From contig ADNK01001129.1 of assembly GCA_000320545.1 (NCBI GenBank), forward strand, positions 1 through 64,000: 64,000 bases of DNA, in the 5' to 3' direction. Position 1 is the stretch's first letter. Each line of letters opens with the position of its first letter. The stretch comes from Bigelowiella natans CCMP2755. Taxonomy: Eukaryota; Protista; Cercozoa. The notes below the pieces were generated by a model. That model saw only the letters and a program-made list of their open reading frames with translations, was not told where the DNA came from and searched no databases. The position numbers and the translations under genes are program-made. Below, piece by piece: positions 28,098 through 42,441 of the stretch.

Positions 28098-29218
28098 ACC
28101 ATAGATAGTGTTATATAATTTTATGCATAATGCTGTGATTATTCCTAACTTTGAAGGTCTTCGACCAACAAACATGTAGTAGCCGCAGGACATGTGTGTG
28201 AGGAAGCCAAAGATGGTTCAGGATTCAGGAAGGATTCCATTTCTCTCACAAAGCAGCCGCAGCAGCAGCAGCAGCAGCAAAAAGAAGAAAATGCCCGCAC
28301 AACGGTCGTTTGCTCTGCTGCGAGAAGGTGTTTAGGGAGAGTCGCAGAGCACACGAATGTACATTTACATCGATTCCACGGCTTAAAAAAACAAATCGCG
28401 GTTGGTTGGTTGCTCGATGCAGTTTGATTGTTACGTACGCTGTTGGCAGCTCTCCCACCGATCTCTCTCCTGTGGCTCGAGGCGACGTCTGATCAGTGGG
28501 GTGGATGGGCATGCACGAACAACAAGAGCAGCCATGGTGAGTGGTATTCTGCCAAAGTCGTTAGTTGGTGATGCTGATGATGTAGCAGCAGCATCAGCTG
28601 TCACCCTTCTTCTATTCTTCACTTCCAGACTCTCATGCTAAGAACAGTTCTCTCGCGCAGCCCCAACCGTGGCGTTTGCGGTCTGGGGAGATAGACGAGG
28701 CCCCCGCCGAAGGAGAGGGGGAGGAGGCATCTGCTGGAGGTTCAGCGAAAGGCACCCATTTGTTTCTGGAAGAAGACCCTTGCATCGTCGGCTTGTCCCC
28801 GGTCAGCAACACCGTGTGCCATGCTCCGCAAGATCCCTAATATAAGAAACAACGGGCAAAGCGGAAGGAGGAAGAACAAGAGGAAGAAGAACGAGAAGGA
28901 GGGGGAGGAAGGAGGAGATACACAATCAAAGAATCTCTCATGAGAATCTCTCTTAACAGCCAGATCTCTTCATTCGGAAAGAGATAAAGGCAAAGGGGAG
29001 GGGGTGGCCACACACTCCATTTATCAGTGACAGAAGGATGGACAAAGGAATGAGCTAAGAGGCGACCGATGCAAGGTGAACGTCCTTGAGAGCCTCGATC
29101 TTCTTGGGAGATCGTTGGTGCTTGAAGTCACCGAGCCCAAGCTGCCCGTAGCTGCCACACCCAAACGCATACGCCTCCCCACTCTAATAAAGAACATCAA
29201 AGAGCGCGCGCACATACA

Positions 29219-29249
<31 letters not shown>

Positions 29250-29916
29250 GATGTGCGTTGGTTTCTGTTCTTCAAACGTTCAGATGTCATTCATGCATTA
29301 GGCTGTTGTTGTTTCGGTTATCTTCGTTGATGCATCGTGATTTGTAGTATTATCATTATCATCATTATCATCATCATCATCGTCGTCGTCGTCGTCGTCA
29401 TCACCTCCGTGAGAACGATTGTGTGATGCCCTCCACATTTAACAGCTGAGGCCCGTTTCACCTTCATACGGCATATTATCAGCACCGAGCACCATATAAT
29501 ACCAAAACTCTCATAAATTGTGCGCCCCCCCCCCCCCCCCCCCCAAAATATATTAATATGTATATATGTGTATATATTAATATATATATATATAATATGT
29601 GTGTGTGTGTGTGTGTGTGTGTTGGGTGTTGGTGTATTTTCCTTCCTCATTTATTATTAGTAGGGCACCTTTGCATCTTCATCACGTGAAAATTCGTTGA
29701 ATTCCGACAGCAACAATGGTTTGGGCGACATTTCTTTACACTGAACGAAGAAGCTCTGTCACAACAACTACAACAATAACAACAACAACAACCGAATCCT
29801 CTCCCCCCCCTCTCTCTGCACAACTTGCTCTCCGGCTTTCCCCAGCCAACAATTTCTACTACATACATGCTGTATATATGGTCTATTAGAAGTCAATTAT
29901 AAATATATATACATGG

Positions 29917-29952
<36 letters not shown>

Positions 29953-30097
29953 ATAGATATTTATATATGTTTATCTAAAATAGTGTTTACGATCGTGAGT
30001 ACACGTTAGACGACTTATGACTTCGACGACCTCAGGCACTCCGAGTTGGCCGTACGTGTTCAAACCCCATGAAAGTACCTACAGAATCCCGCCACCC

Positions 30098-30129
<32 letters not shown>

Positions 30130-30586
30130 CAACACCGCATAGCGCATAAAATAATAACTGTTTCTGTAAACATGACGAAGAAGAAGAAGAAGAAGAAGAA
30201 GAAGAAGAAGAAGAAGAAAAAGAAAGAGCAGCCGCGTCTCCGATTTGATTTACTGATGGATAAATAAGGGCTGCTACCACCATCGTCCGCTACACACCTG
30301 TGTACGCATCTCTCCCAGCATAACGTTGAACCACATTATCACCGCAGATGAGTGCCGTGCTCCTGCTGATAGCTCGACGACGGCCATCTTCTCGAAGCTC
30401 TTATGAGGGGACTGGAACTGCCCATATTTGTGTTGATGTAGGATGTGTGTTATATCGTGAATATGACAACGAAGGAGAGAACAGGATGAAGAAATCACAC
30501 ACACACACACATGTGTGTGTGTTGCTGAACCACCGTATCTTATTTTTGCGGTGGAGATATGCCTACTTCTACTACTACTATTACTA

Positions 30587-30621
<35 letters not shown>

Positions 30622-31465
30622 ACTATTACCATTTTGACCACGACCAACACATTAGTACTGTATTTTTTCTCTCCTCCTTCCCTTCCCTGCCCTCACCCCT
30701 TCCTGTTCCCAACTCCTCCTCGTACCTTGACTTGATAGGGCGAATAGCGCGGAGACATGTCACCGGTTCCTGCACAGCATCGGAGGAACAAACACGCGCA
30801 AACGCGCAAAGGTGGAGCAATACGTTCATTTGCATCACGTTCAAACTTTTTAAGGGGAAAGTTAAAAAAATATAGCGAATACTGCGATGCAAAAGCCAAC
30901 GCACCACTCTAGCAACGACTAGCGACTGCACAAAAACATCGAAGGTGACATCAAATCCGAGTCTTTGCAATCCCCCCCAGTACACCGATAGAAGGGAAGG
31001 GGGGGAGAGGGGGGAGCGAGAGAAGGAGAGGAAGAGAGAATGAAATCATGATGACTTGTTGTCAATATCCCTGAGCTGCTATATCGTGTTACCTAATTGT
31101 CCGCTTTCATTGCAACCCCATGAGTACAACAACCCGCTCTCCATCACGCACATGCTATGGTGACTCCCTGCACATATCGAGGCCACCTTTCGAGCGACGA
31201 AAGACAGAAGAAGAAGAAGAAGAAGAAGAAGAAGAAGAAGGCACAGTGACAGTAAGAAATTATCATCACATCAACGTCACTTAGCAGCTTCCTCCTCCTC
31301 CTCCTGCCTGTTTGCCCCCAACACTTCGTCCATTACCTTGGCACTGAGAGTCGGGATCTTTCGTGGGATATGCTCAAATCTGCGATTTAGAGTGAGTGAG
31401 TGAGTGAGTGTGTGTGTGTATCGAATGTATGTGGATTGTCTGTTATGATGCTCAGTGCTGGTGAC

Positions 31466-31502
<37 letters not shown>

Positions 31503-33590
31503 GCGAGTAACATGCACATAAATGAAGGAAATCATGAAAATCATTTTTCAGCACCATCGTCTTGCTCAGTAGTGAGTTAATTTTCGAAATGTTCCCATCC
31601 CCCTCCACCAATTTTCTATGTCTCCCCTCTTCTTTTATTCTATTTCTCCAATCTTCTTCCACTCTCAAGAGCGAGCACCGTTGCTGTTTGGGATAGTTGA
31701 TTCCTATGATGTTGTGATGATGTGGAAGGAGATTAGAACGTATCGTCTCCGTTTTTCGTAACATCTTTCTCCCCTATTTATCGAGCCTTTTCCTAACACT
31801 CTCCGCTCTCTATATACGATTTTCCTCTGTGTACACGTGCGCTATGGGCATATGCATGTGTATTGTTCAGCGGTCGTTCTGTTTTCACCGATGTTACCAT
31901 CCGCGTCATTCGTGGTGTGTGTGTGTGTGTGTGTGTGTGTGTGGTTGGGGGGGGAGGGGGGTGGGCCTTCAACCTAAGCGTCCATTCTGAATTCTTCCTA
32001 TAAATCAGTTACAATGATATGATGAGTACTTGCCAGAAACATGGAGTCCAGTGGAAGCAAATAATGCCAAAAAATGTTTGTTCGTTGTGCAATACTTCCT
32101 ACACAGGGAGGACAGCAGCAGTGGTACTATATACTACTAGTAAGTAGTTGCTTCTTTGCATCGATGATATCAATATAGTCGCTTTGGGGCACGAATGTGG
32201 CAGTTTTGCAGAGCGAAATCATGCAGACAGAATAGTTGACAAGGGGTGAGAATTATAGAGGTTTGGTTGTCGTATATTATGCCTCCCCCTTTTCACTATT
32301 CTCACGTGACCTACCCCATGCGTAGACTTCTCCGGAATTCGACAGCGCGAGAGAGTGCTCACAACCCGCTGCAACCTGGATTATGAAGAAGAAGAAAGAG
32401 AAGAAGAAGAAGGAAGGTGATAAATAATGGGCCACGAATAACGCGTGCCATTTCCTCATTTTCTGCTGCTCCGTATACGATACAGAATGCGGTGGAAGTG
32501 CACCATGATCATCATTTATTGTCACTTGTTAGTACACCACCTGTTTAGCCGCCGTGCGTCTCAGCGCTCGGATTCTTGTTGGGTTGAGCTGATCGAAGTT
32601 CTGCTCGCTGTGTCCAAGAGCCCCGAAACTCGACGCTCCCCAAGAATATACCTACGTGCGTACGTGTGTGTGTGTGTGTGTGTGTTATGTGTGTCGTAGT
32701 CGTCGTCATATTGCTGTCGTTGTTGGTTGCTACTGTTGCTAAGGCTGACCTGTCCAGATGCTACCATTAAGGTGTGCGTGCGACCGCAGGAAACATCCAT
32801 CACGCTCTTGCCGGAGATCGCCATGACCCACTTAGGCTTCCACATGTTTTCTGCTCGACCGTGGCCGCACTGCCCAGAGAGGTCAGAGCCCCAGCTGTGC
32901 ACGGTGTTTTTGGTAGCAATCACAGCGTTGTGGTAATGTCCGCACGAGATCTGACCAGGTGAAAATCATCGACGTCAGATGCATATATTACAAGCTGCTC
33001 TGTGAAGTTTGAGTGGTGATGGATTACGTGAGCAATCTCCTTAGGTGCCAAAAGAATTTCAGTGGGAACAGGAAAAGCTCCTTTCTTAAAGAAACTCTCG
33101 ATAAGATCTTCTTTCGCATCGTCCGAGTAGACAAAAGAGGAAGATTGCTTTGATTTTGGCAGGCTCCCTTCATCAACTTTACTCTTTGAACTCGAAGAAG
33201 CCTCCTTGTTCTCGTCCACCATGGCGAAAAGTTCGTCGTCTATCACCTGTCCTTCATTTCCTATCATGTGATAACAAGTCAGCATCATTCCGAATGGATC
33301 GCTGCATAAGCAAAATCTCAAACGAAGCAAATTTCTGAAAAATAATCTTCCATAAGGCTAGTATCCAACCTCTTTTTTTCTATTATCTAACTTTCCTTAT
33401 ACAACTCACCTGTTACTTGCTGAGGCTGCTTTGTTACGTCAAGTTTGGCTGGCTTGGAACTCAGCTCGTATTTCGCCTTACCTTTCCTCCTCGTGTTTGG
33501 TCTCTTTTCTTTCCCAAGGCCCAGCTCGCCATGGATATTGCGCCCAAAGACGAAGAGACGGCCCGCGCGCGACGGCCCCTGATCTGCCAT
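27411..33590 (-). CDS. RCC1-repeat (RLD beta-propeller) protein with a low-complexity C-terminal tail
   Basis: RCC1 repeats: LFVFGRNIHGELGLG, VHSWGSDLSGQCGHG...DVSCGRTHTL, VAAGCEHSLALSNSGEVYAWG, ELSAGARHS, VKCGGHHTIVLTE, GEAYAFGCGSYGQLGLG, SCGAWHTVLLT. The 3' end is approximate. Confidence 0.85.
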
Positions 33591-33962
33591 TCCGGAGGGA
33601 GGTTTGTAGTAAGTTCAGTCGTCGGCTCAGATGTTCGAGCGACACGTACTACCACGATCTGGGGCCGACATGAAATATTCCATGTCGCACTATAGTCATG
33701 TCAATAAATTTTACTTTTCAAAACAAATTTGGGCACAACGACCGAAAACTACCTAGTTTCGTGAAGGTGCGACGATGTATTTCCATTGTCGTTGGCATGT
33801 TTTCTCTCTCGCACCGCACGGATCACGACGACAACCACCCACCTGCCGAATAACCTGCCCAGAAAATCCACGCATTGCGGTAGGCATCACCCAGCCCTTC
33901 TTTAGCTAGACGGCAGATCCACTCACAACCATTTAAAACCCTCGTTGCTTGTTAAGGCCATC

Positions 33963-36108
33963 ATGGACAGCGCCAAGGATCCCGTCAAGCTTGTAAGATG
34001 TCCACGTTGCGATTGGGGAGGGGTGCAGATCCGGGGATGGGTTCGCAGCGTGCAACAGCGCCTTGAAGGCACAACGTAAATCGCGCCAATCGTAGGTGAA
34101 CGATCTTCTGAAAGAAGTCAAGAGCATCTCCATTCCAGAACCAGTGAGTAGAACCCTAACCTCCCATGCCTATCTCCTTGCAAGTCCTCTTCGTCCTCAA
34201 GTTTCTTCCAAAATACTCCCTTTTCAGAGTGCACCGAGCACGAAGACGAAGAAGACGAAGAAAGTAGTAGGAATGGACGTTTCCTGGGCACCTATCGTTC
34301 CACTTGGTCACACTCCCTACTCATGGGAGGGAGATGAAGAGGAGGAGGTGGACGTGAAAGCTGCTGCCGAAGTAAAGAACCAGGTTTTCTTCCAACAACG
34401 AACTGAGCTACTGTTTTCTGCTTCATCTTACAACAAACTCAATATTCAAAACCTACGTTAGCCTCAGAACAGAGAACAAAAGAAGGCCAACGCGAAGAAG
34501 GTGCTCTACTTTCGTTTCATTTCTGCACACGTCTGAGTCGATGATACTGCGCCTAAATAACGATTAATCGACAGAACAAACAAAAGGCACCGAAGCAAAA
34601 GAAACAACCTAAGAACCAGAAACCAGTTTCAGACGCTGTGAGTAAGAATGTCATTCACTTGTCTTCAAAGAATGTATTCATTTGAAAAGTAGCATTGATT
34701 GTTGTGTTACCCATTTTACATTACAGCCGCTCTTTGCACGCATCGATCTAAGGGTTCGTTCATATAATTATTCGACAACATTAGTATTGGCACTCACAAT
34801 CACGCTTTCCGTTAGGTTGGACACGTTGTGCGTGTTTTCGAGCATCCAGATCCAGAGGTAGTTGCAGTCGAAAGACTTATTACAATGATGATGAGGATGA
34901 CGATGATTATGATGATGATGAAACCTGAAGCATCGGCAGGAGTAATTAGTGAGGTGGTAATTCTTTTCTTGCAAGCTGCAAATTTAAACCACCATTGCTC
35001 CCCATGTATGGGTCAATTGTTCTAATAGGTGAAGTCACTATGGTGCGAAGAAATCGATGTAGGAGAGGACCAACCAAGACAAATAGCATCTGGGTTGCGC
35101 AAGTTCTATGAGAAGGAGCAGTTCCAGGGCAAGAAGATTATCGTCGTGTGCAACTTGAAACGTACGCTACCACCGAATCCTCTAAAATCTGAAACCCCTC
35201 CGAAATGATCAGCATGTAATCTCATTCAAGGTATGTATTGCCCTGCATGTTTGATGTAACAGCCGCCAAACTGAAGGGCTTTGAGTCCAAGGGAATGGTT
35301 CTCTGTGCCTCGAATGAAGATCACACAAAGGTCCGTCTCCTATCATTGATTGCGTATAATATCTCTATTTCGAATCCAATCCAAGGATGATGACTCATGC
35401 CCTACTCCTGTGTGATTAGGTCGAGCTGGTAGAGCCCCCAAAATCCGCCGTGCCAGGCACACGAATCTCTTTGGCGGATCTCGACGTCACGAAGTAAGCA
35501 GAAGAACGGAGTTTCCCAATCTTCGTTGTTGATGTTCTCCTAACAGACAGCCATCGAAGCGATTCCGAATCATTACTTTTGGTGCAAATAGCTTTGGCTG
35601 AATCTTGGCAGCATGTGTTTTGGCGTATTGTTTTCGCGGTCGTTGTGCTGTGCGGTCGTTACATTATTTTTACATACGCGCACGCGCGCGCGCGTGTGTG
35701 TGTTTGTGATTAGATTCAAACCTGATGAGAGGGTGAACCCTAAGAAGAAAAAGAACGTCTGGTTGGACTTCGGACCAAGTAAGCTTTTTCTCTTTTCTAC
35801 TGATGCTCCGCATTATTTGGGTAGTGATGAACGAGGAAGAGAATGAGGAGAGACACCTCACAAATATACACCCCCTCCCCCCCTCTTTTAACGCAGAACT
35901 TCGTACCAACGGGAAGAAGGTTGCTTGTTTTGATGGGGTACTACTGACTAAATCCTGAAGTAGTCGTATTATGAGAGGAAAGTGCGGGAGGAGGAGGAGT
36001 AGTGAATAGTGAAAGAAGCACATTGAGCGATGTCTCTTTTAGGTGCCTTTGGTCGTTCCAGAGGGAGAATGCACAGTGCCAACTCTGGATAACTGTGTTG
36101 TGCGGTGA
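33963..36108 (+). CDS. tRNA-binding OB-fold protein (EMAP II/Arc1p/MetRS C-domain family)
   Basis: Spliced: FARIDLRVGHVVRVFEHPDPEVKSLWCEEIDVGEDQPRQIASGLRKFY...IVVCNLKPAKLKGFESKGMVLCASNEDHTKVELVEPPKSAVPGTRI...NPKKKKNVW...LRTNGKKVACFDG...NCVVR*. A Lys-rich linker precedes the domain. Confidence 0.9.
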
Positions 36109-36229
36109 AGTCGATTTTGCAGCACATGGGAAGGAGTTTTCGATCCGCATGCAGCGTTACTAGAAAGAGTATAGAATCAGAGGGCGTTTATACATGTAAC
36201 GACCGCAACTGGAAGAAAAACTAAAGTCC

Positions 36230-36950
36230 ATCTTGTGGGAAAGGAGTCATGCACATATGTTCATTTACGTGCGTCCAAATGTACTCCACACATGCATGTG
36301 ACATTTGTTCGTTGTGATGTGAATGCAACATTTGCCAGGCCGGTAGGTAACAAGTGCATGATGATTAGTAGTGGCGCACATGGAATCACATCCGTCTCAC
36401 ATGTGTGCGACGCCGTGTTGTGACCATGCCCACTGACGACCGCCTGCTGCTGAACCAAATTGCTAGAATGACATGGTGAAAATCACAGGCACGCATCACA
36501 CGTCTTTTGTGAAAACAATCTTTGTCAAAAATGACATGGCAAAAATCCACTACAACAGAGCATCGCGCCATTATTGCGCACATTGCTAAAAACACTGCAA
36601 ACTTGTTCTCATCGATCAGAAGTGACAACAAATGAGAATTTTCAAATCAAAAAGAGTTGGACAATTAAATGGCTCGATCACAATGGAGCAATTTGGATCT
36701 TTGAAAATGCATGCTGGCATGCTTGTGCATCGCATGCTAGCATGCCTGCACGTCATATACACACTGTGCTGTGCCAAGCAACATTATTCACGATAATCAA
36801 CAACATTGGCGCAATCCCAATCGAAAGAGCTGTCAAGGCAAAATCCAGGAATAATGCGCTCAAGCTATTCATTGCTTGTTGCTTGTCTCGGGTAGGTTGT
36901 AGTGTGACATGCAACATGCCATGCAAACTCATCATTCGTCCAATAATGAT
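36230..36950. repeat. TpA-depleted relic containing a mutated MITE terminus (36384-36407)
   Basis: TG/CA-rich and TA-poor. AATCACATCCGTCTCACATGTGT matches the TIR end CATTACATCCGTCTCATATATAT with every TpA changed. Confidence 0.6.
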
Positions 36951-37001
36951 AGCATAGCTAGATAGACTGGGGACCGTTGACTTGCAATACCGGTACTGAT
37001 A

Positions 37002-37447
37002 TTATCCAAAGGTATCCATGAGGGGATCGAAGCGTGGATCCTCCATTTCTAAATCTGAGCCACCGAGCTCGTTCACATGCCCTCTCCAATCGTGGTGGTA
37101 TGGATGTATCTGCATAGTTTATGATTGTAATGATTAGTAAAGAAATTAACGATCAACGATCAGAGAATTTTCCCGATACTATGCTCATCATCATCATCAT
37201 TGTTATCATCATCAGTATTATTATCATCATCATCGGCAAGTAGCACATGCATGTTTGCTGGTAGGAGCAATGGGAAATGAGACCCAGTTTGTTAAGCGTT
37301 AACACCAGATGATGAGGTGGCACTAGAACAACAAAATTTGACTTGTACAATTTTATTTATTACCGGAAAATCTCCCTGATCAAACCTAAAGTCCTTGTTG
37401 TACTAAGTAGGTACAAAACAAGACATACACACGGGGGGAAGGGGGGG

Positions 37448-37488
<41 letters not shown>

Positions 37489-37888
37489 AAAGAAAGAAAG
37501 AAAAAATCGTAGTTTCCAAAGTTTTAATAAGTAGGAATAGATTTGAGATTGCAAATGAATGGGATCTGATATGCGACGAAGAAGACGGAGAACATTTTCA
37601 GAGACGGAAAACGACGAGTATTGAAAATAGTTTTGAGTTGCTATTCCAAAGCTATGAAAGCTCGTAGGAAAATATCATCTTACTCCCATTCGCTCCGCCT
37701 CCCTTTCAAGCCTTTCTTTCGAAAACTCGGGGTTCTTAAGGAGCTTTTTCTGCCAACAGCAGCAAACAATCCATACACAATGATGAAGACAATTCAGCAC
37801 CATAGCGGCTCATAATGCATTTGATTATAACGACCATCCACTCGTTGAAACGAGGTATGGGCGAGGGAGAGAGTGTGTGCGTGCATTG

Positions 37889-37929
<41 letters not shown>

Positions 37930-38901
37930 CCAGGCTGTAGAAAGAGGATGGCAGAGGCCAGCTGTGTTGATTCGTTGTTGCTCTATTTTCTTTCTTACAA
38001 ATTCCATAGGCTGTTTCTTCGGGTGTGGAATGCCTAAGTGTCCTGCGGAGAAGAAGAATGGAAGAAGGTGGGTATGCACGAATTCAATGCGAAGGTCGAA
38101 ATAACTGAATGCAATGCAACAACAACGACGATGACGATGCTGGTGATAGGACTACGGTCTGGAAGAAGAGAATTGTACAAAGGGTACCGTGCTTATTTGG
38201 ATCAAGAAATGCAGCGGTAGTTACGCCTTCATACCTAGAGGGACAGTTGTTGTATGTATCACCTCCCATCAGGCTAACTGACATGTGTCCGGAAAGAAAG
38301 GATTTTTTTAAGAAAAAAAAAAAAAAAAAAAACAATTCCAAAATAATAGACGAAATAACCACTCGCATGTTCGGCAAACATTTTCAACGCTGCAATGTAT
38401 TTCATTAGGTTGCGCCTACGCATAGCGTACAGGTAGTAGACGTATCTTGTGTCTTCACACGTAACATAGATCTGTGTAATATAGCAAGGCTATAAGAATA
38501 GTTATATTGACGTCTTGATTCTCCTATAATAGTACGGATGTTACTAGTGATTCGAAAAATCGTGAAGTTTCATCCACGACGAAATACATCGATAATTTAC
38601 GGCAGCCCATCTTTGGGACAGGATCATTGGGAAATTTCTCGAAAAAATGTTTTAGATTTTTCCTGTACTATTCCTGCTGCTACGAATGAACATGACATCA
38701 AATCCCATCAGATCATTCCTCAGCATCGGCAACTTCAGAGCGTCGATCTGTGTGTGCGGAGTAGTAGGGATAGCATAGCTATATGAGGCTGGCGGATATA
38801 AATCCTTACTTCTTCTTCTTCTTTCTCCTTTTCCCAATTTCCCTCATAATGTATGAATGGCTCATGATTTAGTGTGGCTTCTCTCATTCTTGCTGCTGCA
38901 T

Positions 38902-38941
<40 letters not shown>

Positions 38942-41120
38942 CTGTCAATCACAGATGTCTACGTCTACTGCTAGACTTTCTTCTCTCGAGGACGCCAAAG
39001 GTCTCCTCGTATTTTGGAAACCCTTGGAAAGTCTTCATCGTTGTCCTTTAGGGCGTCTGCGTGCATTTAACATGGGATAGAGAGAGTCGTGGGAGAGGAG
39101 GAGAAAAGGAAGATGTTAGGCAGAATGAGAGACAAATAAAAAGCTGCGGTAGAAAAACACTGCAAGTGCTATAACTGCATCGCTTTTCCTCCTCATCCTC
39201 CTCTTATTCGTATGACTTACTACATTTGTCAGTAATGGCGTTAAAGTCCGCTTGCCTCGCCTCAGTGCTGGCATTACGGAAAAAACGGAACAGCGCGCCT
39301 GTTTTGGACGTAGTATTTAACCACAGCTTCGAACAATGGATGAAATTGATTGCCAGGGAATACGGCATCAGCCCGACTTTTTCTACCCTCTTAGCTGTAC
39401 GCGTATAGAGATTGTGAGTGTGTTGCGACCTCGTCTTGACAGCACAGGATGTATAGGCTGTAAATTACATATGCGAGGGAGGGGGAGAGAGAGCGCAATT
39501 AGGAGGTTGCTCTGGAAAAGATGGAGCGTGATAATCAGTATCATAACGATGATGACGACAACAATTACAATGATGATGATGATGATGATGATGGTGATAA
39601 TTGCAAATTTGCCGAAGAAGAGGATAAAAAATAATCAAAGATTAAATCAAAAGATGCAATCTCTTCTGCTGGCGTAACTACTCCTTTTGGCCATCAAGAA
39701 TCCCTCTAAAATGGGTGAATGAATACCTGCTTTCACAAAAATATCATTTTTATGATACAATACCTGGGGATAAGCGAGTAGACGCTGAGGTGGAAACCCC
39801 TTTTCTGCCCAACCATGCCCTGCAAACTAAAATGACAAAGAAATCATCGTCATGTGATAGCCTGATCACACGTGCCAGGTAGATAGACTCTCAGGGGGAG
39901 AGCAGTGTATCATGCAGTAAACATGCTGCAACTAAACCTGATTGAAGGAAACAGCCCAACTTGGGCGTCGCCTAACATGTGAAAGCAATATATTCCAACT
40001 CAGACACACACACACACACACACACACACGTACACAAGCACGTATATCTTACAATGATGCCAGGATATCGATGGACGACGAGGAACGAAAGGAAATTGTA
40101 TGGTACCCACTACATTTGTTATTCTCTGCTACAACTACTATTTACTACTACTACTACTACTAATAATAATAATAATAATAACACACCAAAACTTCCTGGG
40201 AATCCACAGAAGTCTATCGAATGTCACGACCCTGTGTGTGTACATTTTAATACTGATTATCTGGCAGTCCTTGTGTAGGTAGACAGGCTAAGCCAGTCGA
40301 TACAATGGTTATTGTTACATCGTCCCCTTTGAGAACACCTCTCCGTACTTCGGGATCGCCATGGTTGCATTATGTGCGATCCAAACGATACGCTCGCCCC
40401 TGGAATATTATTCATCACACTCATCGGTTATCCGCAAATAATATCTCATCTTCGATTTATCGGCAGGCACACTCCATTCTTCTTCGCTGCAATATGATAC
40501 GCATTCTCATCGGCATGAAACATCATCCCCTTGCCGTACGTGAATCGAAAAATAGCACCATACAGGTTCATGATGGGTTCCCCCGTCGTTCTGTTATGCC
40601 ATTCGCCCCACAATATCTGCCAAGGGGTCGGAGGAAGAGGCATTGGAGGGTGCCAGGAACTTCCCCCTCCTCCTTCTTCTCCTCCTGGGTTATCACCCAC
40701 TCCTCCTACTCCTCCTCTCAGGACTTGCATCAAAGATCGAATCGTGCGTGTTTTTGGGGGCGGCCATGTTGTCGGCGCATCCAGGAACAAACTTTCCCCT
40801 CCTTGGTCATTAGAGCACTTTGCTTCGCTCTCTACTGCTGCAAGAAATAAGCCACCAATGACAAGCAGCAAATGTGCTTTGACCGATGGCAAATGCGCGG
40901 TGCCTGTGCCTACCACCCTCCACCCTTTACTAATGATATACCTTGGAGAAAGTAAAGGTGAAAGAGAAGAATTCTTATGCCGTATCGCCACGTAAGCGAA
41001 CGCATCGTTCGGCGCCGCGCACGCGGGCGCTCGACGGCTAGAAGAGAGAGAGGGGCGACGATGCTGTTCCCGGGAATAAGACTGTGTGCATACGAGTAGT
41101 CGCCTCTTGTTCAGCAACAA
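37002..41120 (-). CDS. multi-exon hypothetical protein, possibly with a targeting/membrane segment
   Basis: Long open frame 40446-41120 with a hydrophobic stretch, a series of GT-AG-bounded small exons (e.g. HLGIPHPKKQPMEFVRKKIEQQRI), and a last exon ...EMEDPRFDPLMDTFG*. Start codon not resolved; family not recognised. Confidence 0.5.
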
Positions 41121-41249
41121 TCAATCCTACTGCAAAAATCTCATAAAAAAAAATCCAGGCTAAAACTACTCGTAGAGGCTGTACTACGAAGTCGTTGCAT
41201 AAAAATAGCACCTGTTTGCCCAAAAAACGGGGAGAATCCCGGCGGTGGG

Positions 41250-42360
41250 TCAATCTTTCTCAAACATTCCCCTGAGCCGATGTGTGTGTTCGTGTGTGTG
41301 AGTCAGCGTGACCTGTGATCGCTCCAGTGGACCTGCTTCTTTCATTCATTCATTCATTGTTGGCATGCGAATGAACACGGATCTCAAACCTTGAATCTTG
41401 AGAGGTCTTTCATGTGTGCATGACACTCTATTTTTTCTGGTTTTCCAGTGTGTGGGGAGCTAGCCACAGCTAGCTAGCCAGGGAGCACAGACACGGATGA
41501 GTCAGCGAGCCCCATGATCCTTTCAACGAAGTCACTTCTTTCTTCCCACCTTGCACGTTGCTTGCACGTGGTGTGTGAGAGTGCACACGAATCGATTGAC
41601 CTGGAGTGACAGGGTGCGATGAATTTTCCAGGGTGCAACACACAAGTGGCACGCCACGTGGGAACGCGTGAGCCTCACTCAGTCGTCACCAAACCGATGC
41701 GAGTGCGATGTGAGCAATGAACGACATAGTTCACTGTTTGTGACAGAACCTTGCCTGACAGCCGAAAAGGCGGCCCTGGGTTCCCCTTTTTGATGTTTCA
41801 CTTTGGATGGATGAGTTTCAATTCGTTGAGCACCAATGAGTGCAGATGAGCAGTGCACCAAGCTGCTCCATCGCAAATCGGAGGGCTGACAATTCAACCA
41901 CCACTAGACCATTTGAAAAGGCAAACACCATCATCGACCACCTGTGATGGTGACTAAGTGGCACTAGGACTGACTCACTTGACACCACAAACCATTTGCT
42001 GAAACGAAGAATTGAGAAACTCTCTTCGTAGCGTAGACATGCAGAATTGTGCGTTTCGATCCTGTTTGCAAAACATGCATGCAAACACACGTTCACATAT
42101 GCACACGTGACAAACTAACATGCGCTTGAAACATCGTTGCTCTACTTTGATGGATTGAATTGGTATCTGTGCATCGCACGCGTGCAAGCATGGCTTGTTG
42201 TGAGAAAAGTCATCTGCTTGTGGTGTCGCTCCACCCCCACTACTTGCATGGCTCATTCGTGCTAAGATGTGCGAATGTGAGACAACGCACGAATGCAGAA
42301 AAAGTCGGAATACGTTCATTGATTGAAAATATTCTCCTTTGCAAGTAGTTCTGATCTCAT
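41250..42360 (-). pseudogene. intron-containing gene relic, TpA-hypermutated
   Basis: Phase-consistent exons ...APCHSR|WEERSDFVERIMGLADSSVSVLP|DLSRFK|VHWSDHR|GMFEKD*, with in-frame TGA stops upstream and one damaged donor. 14 TpA in 41281-42240. Confidence 0.6.
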
Positions 42361-42441
42361 CATGCGCTGCACACGCACGCGCTAACCTAAGCAGTAAATG
42401 AGAACAATGCTCGAGTCTTTCAGGTGCTTTTTTCCATCATC

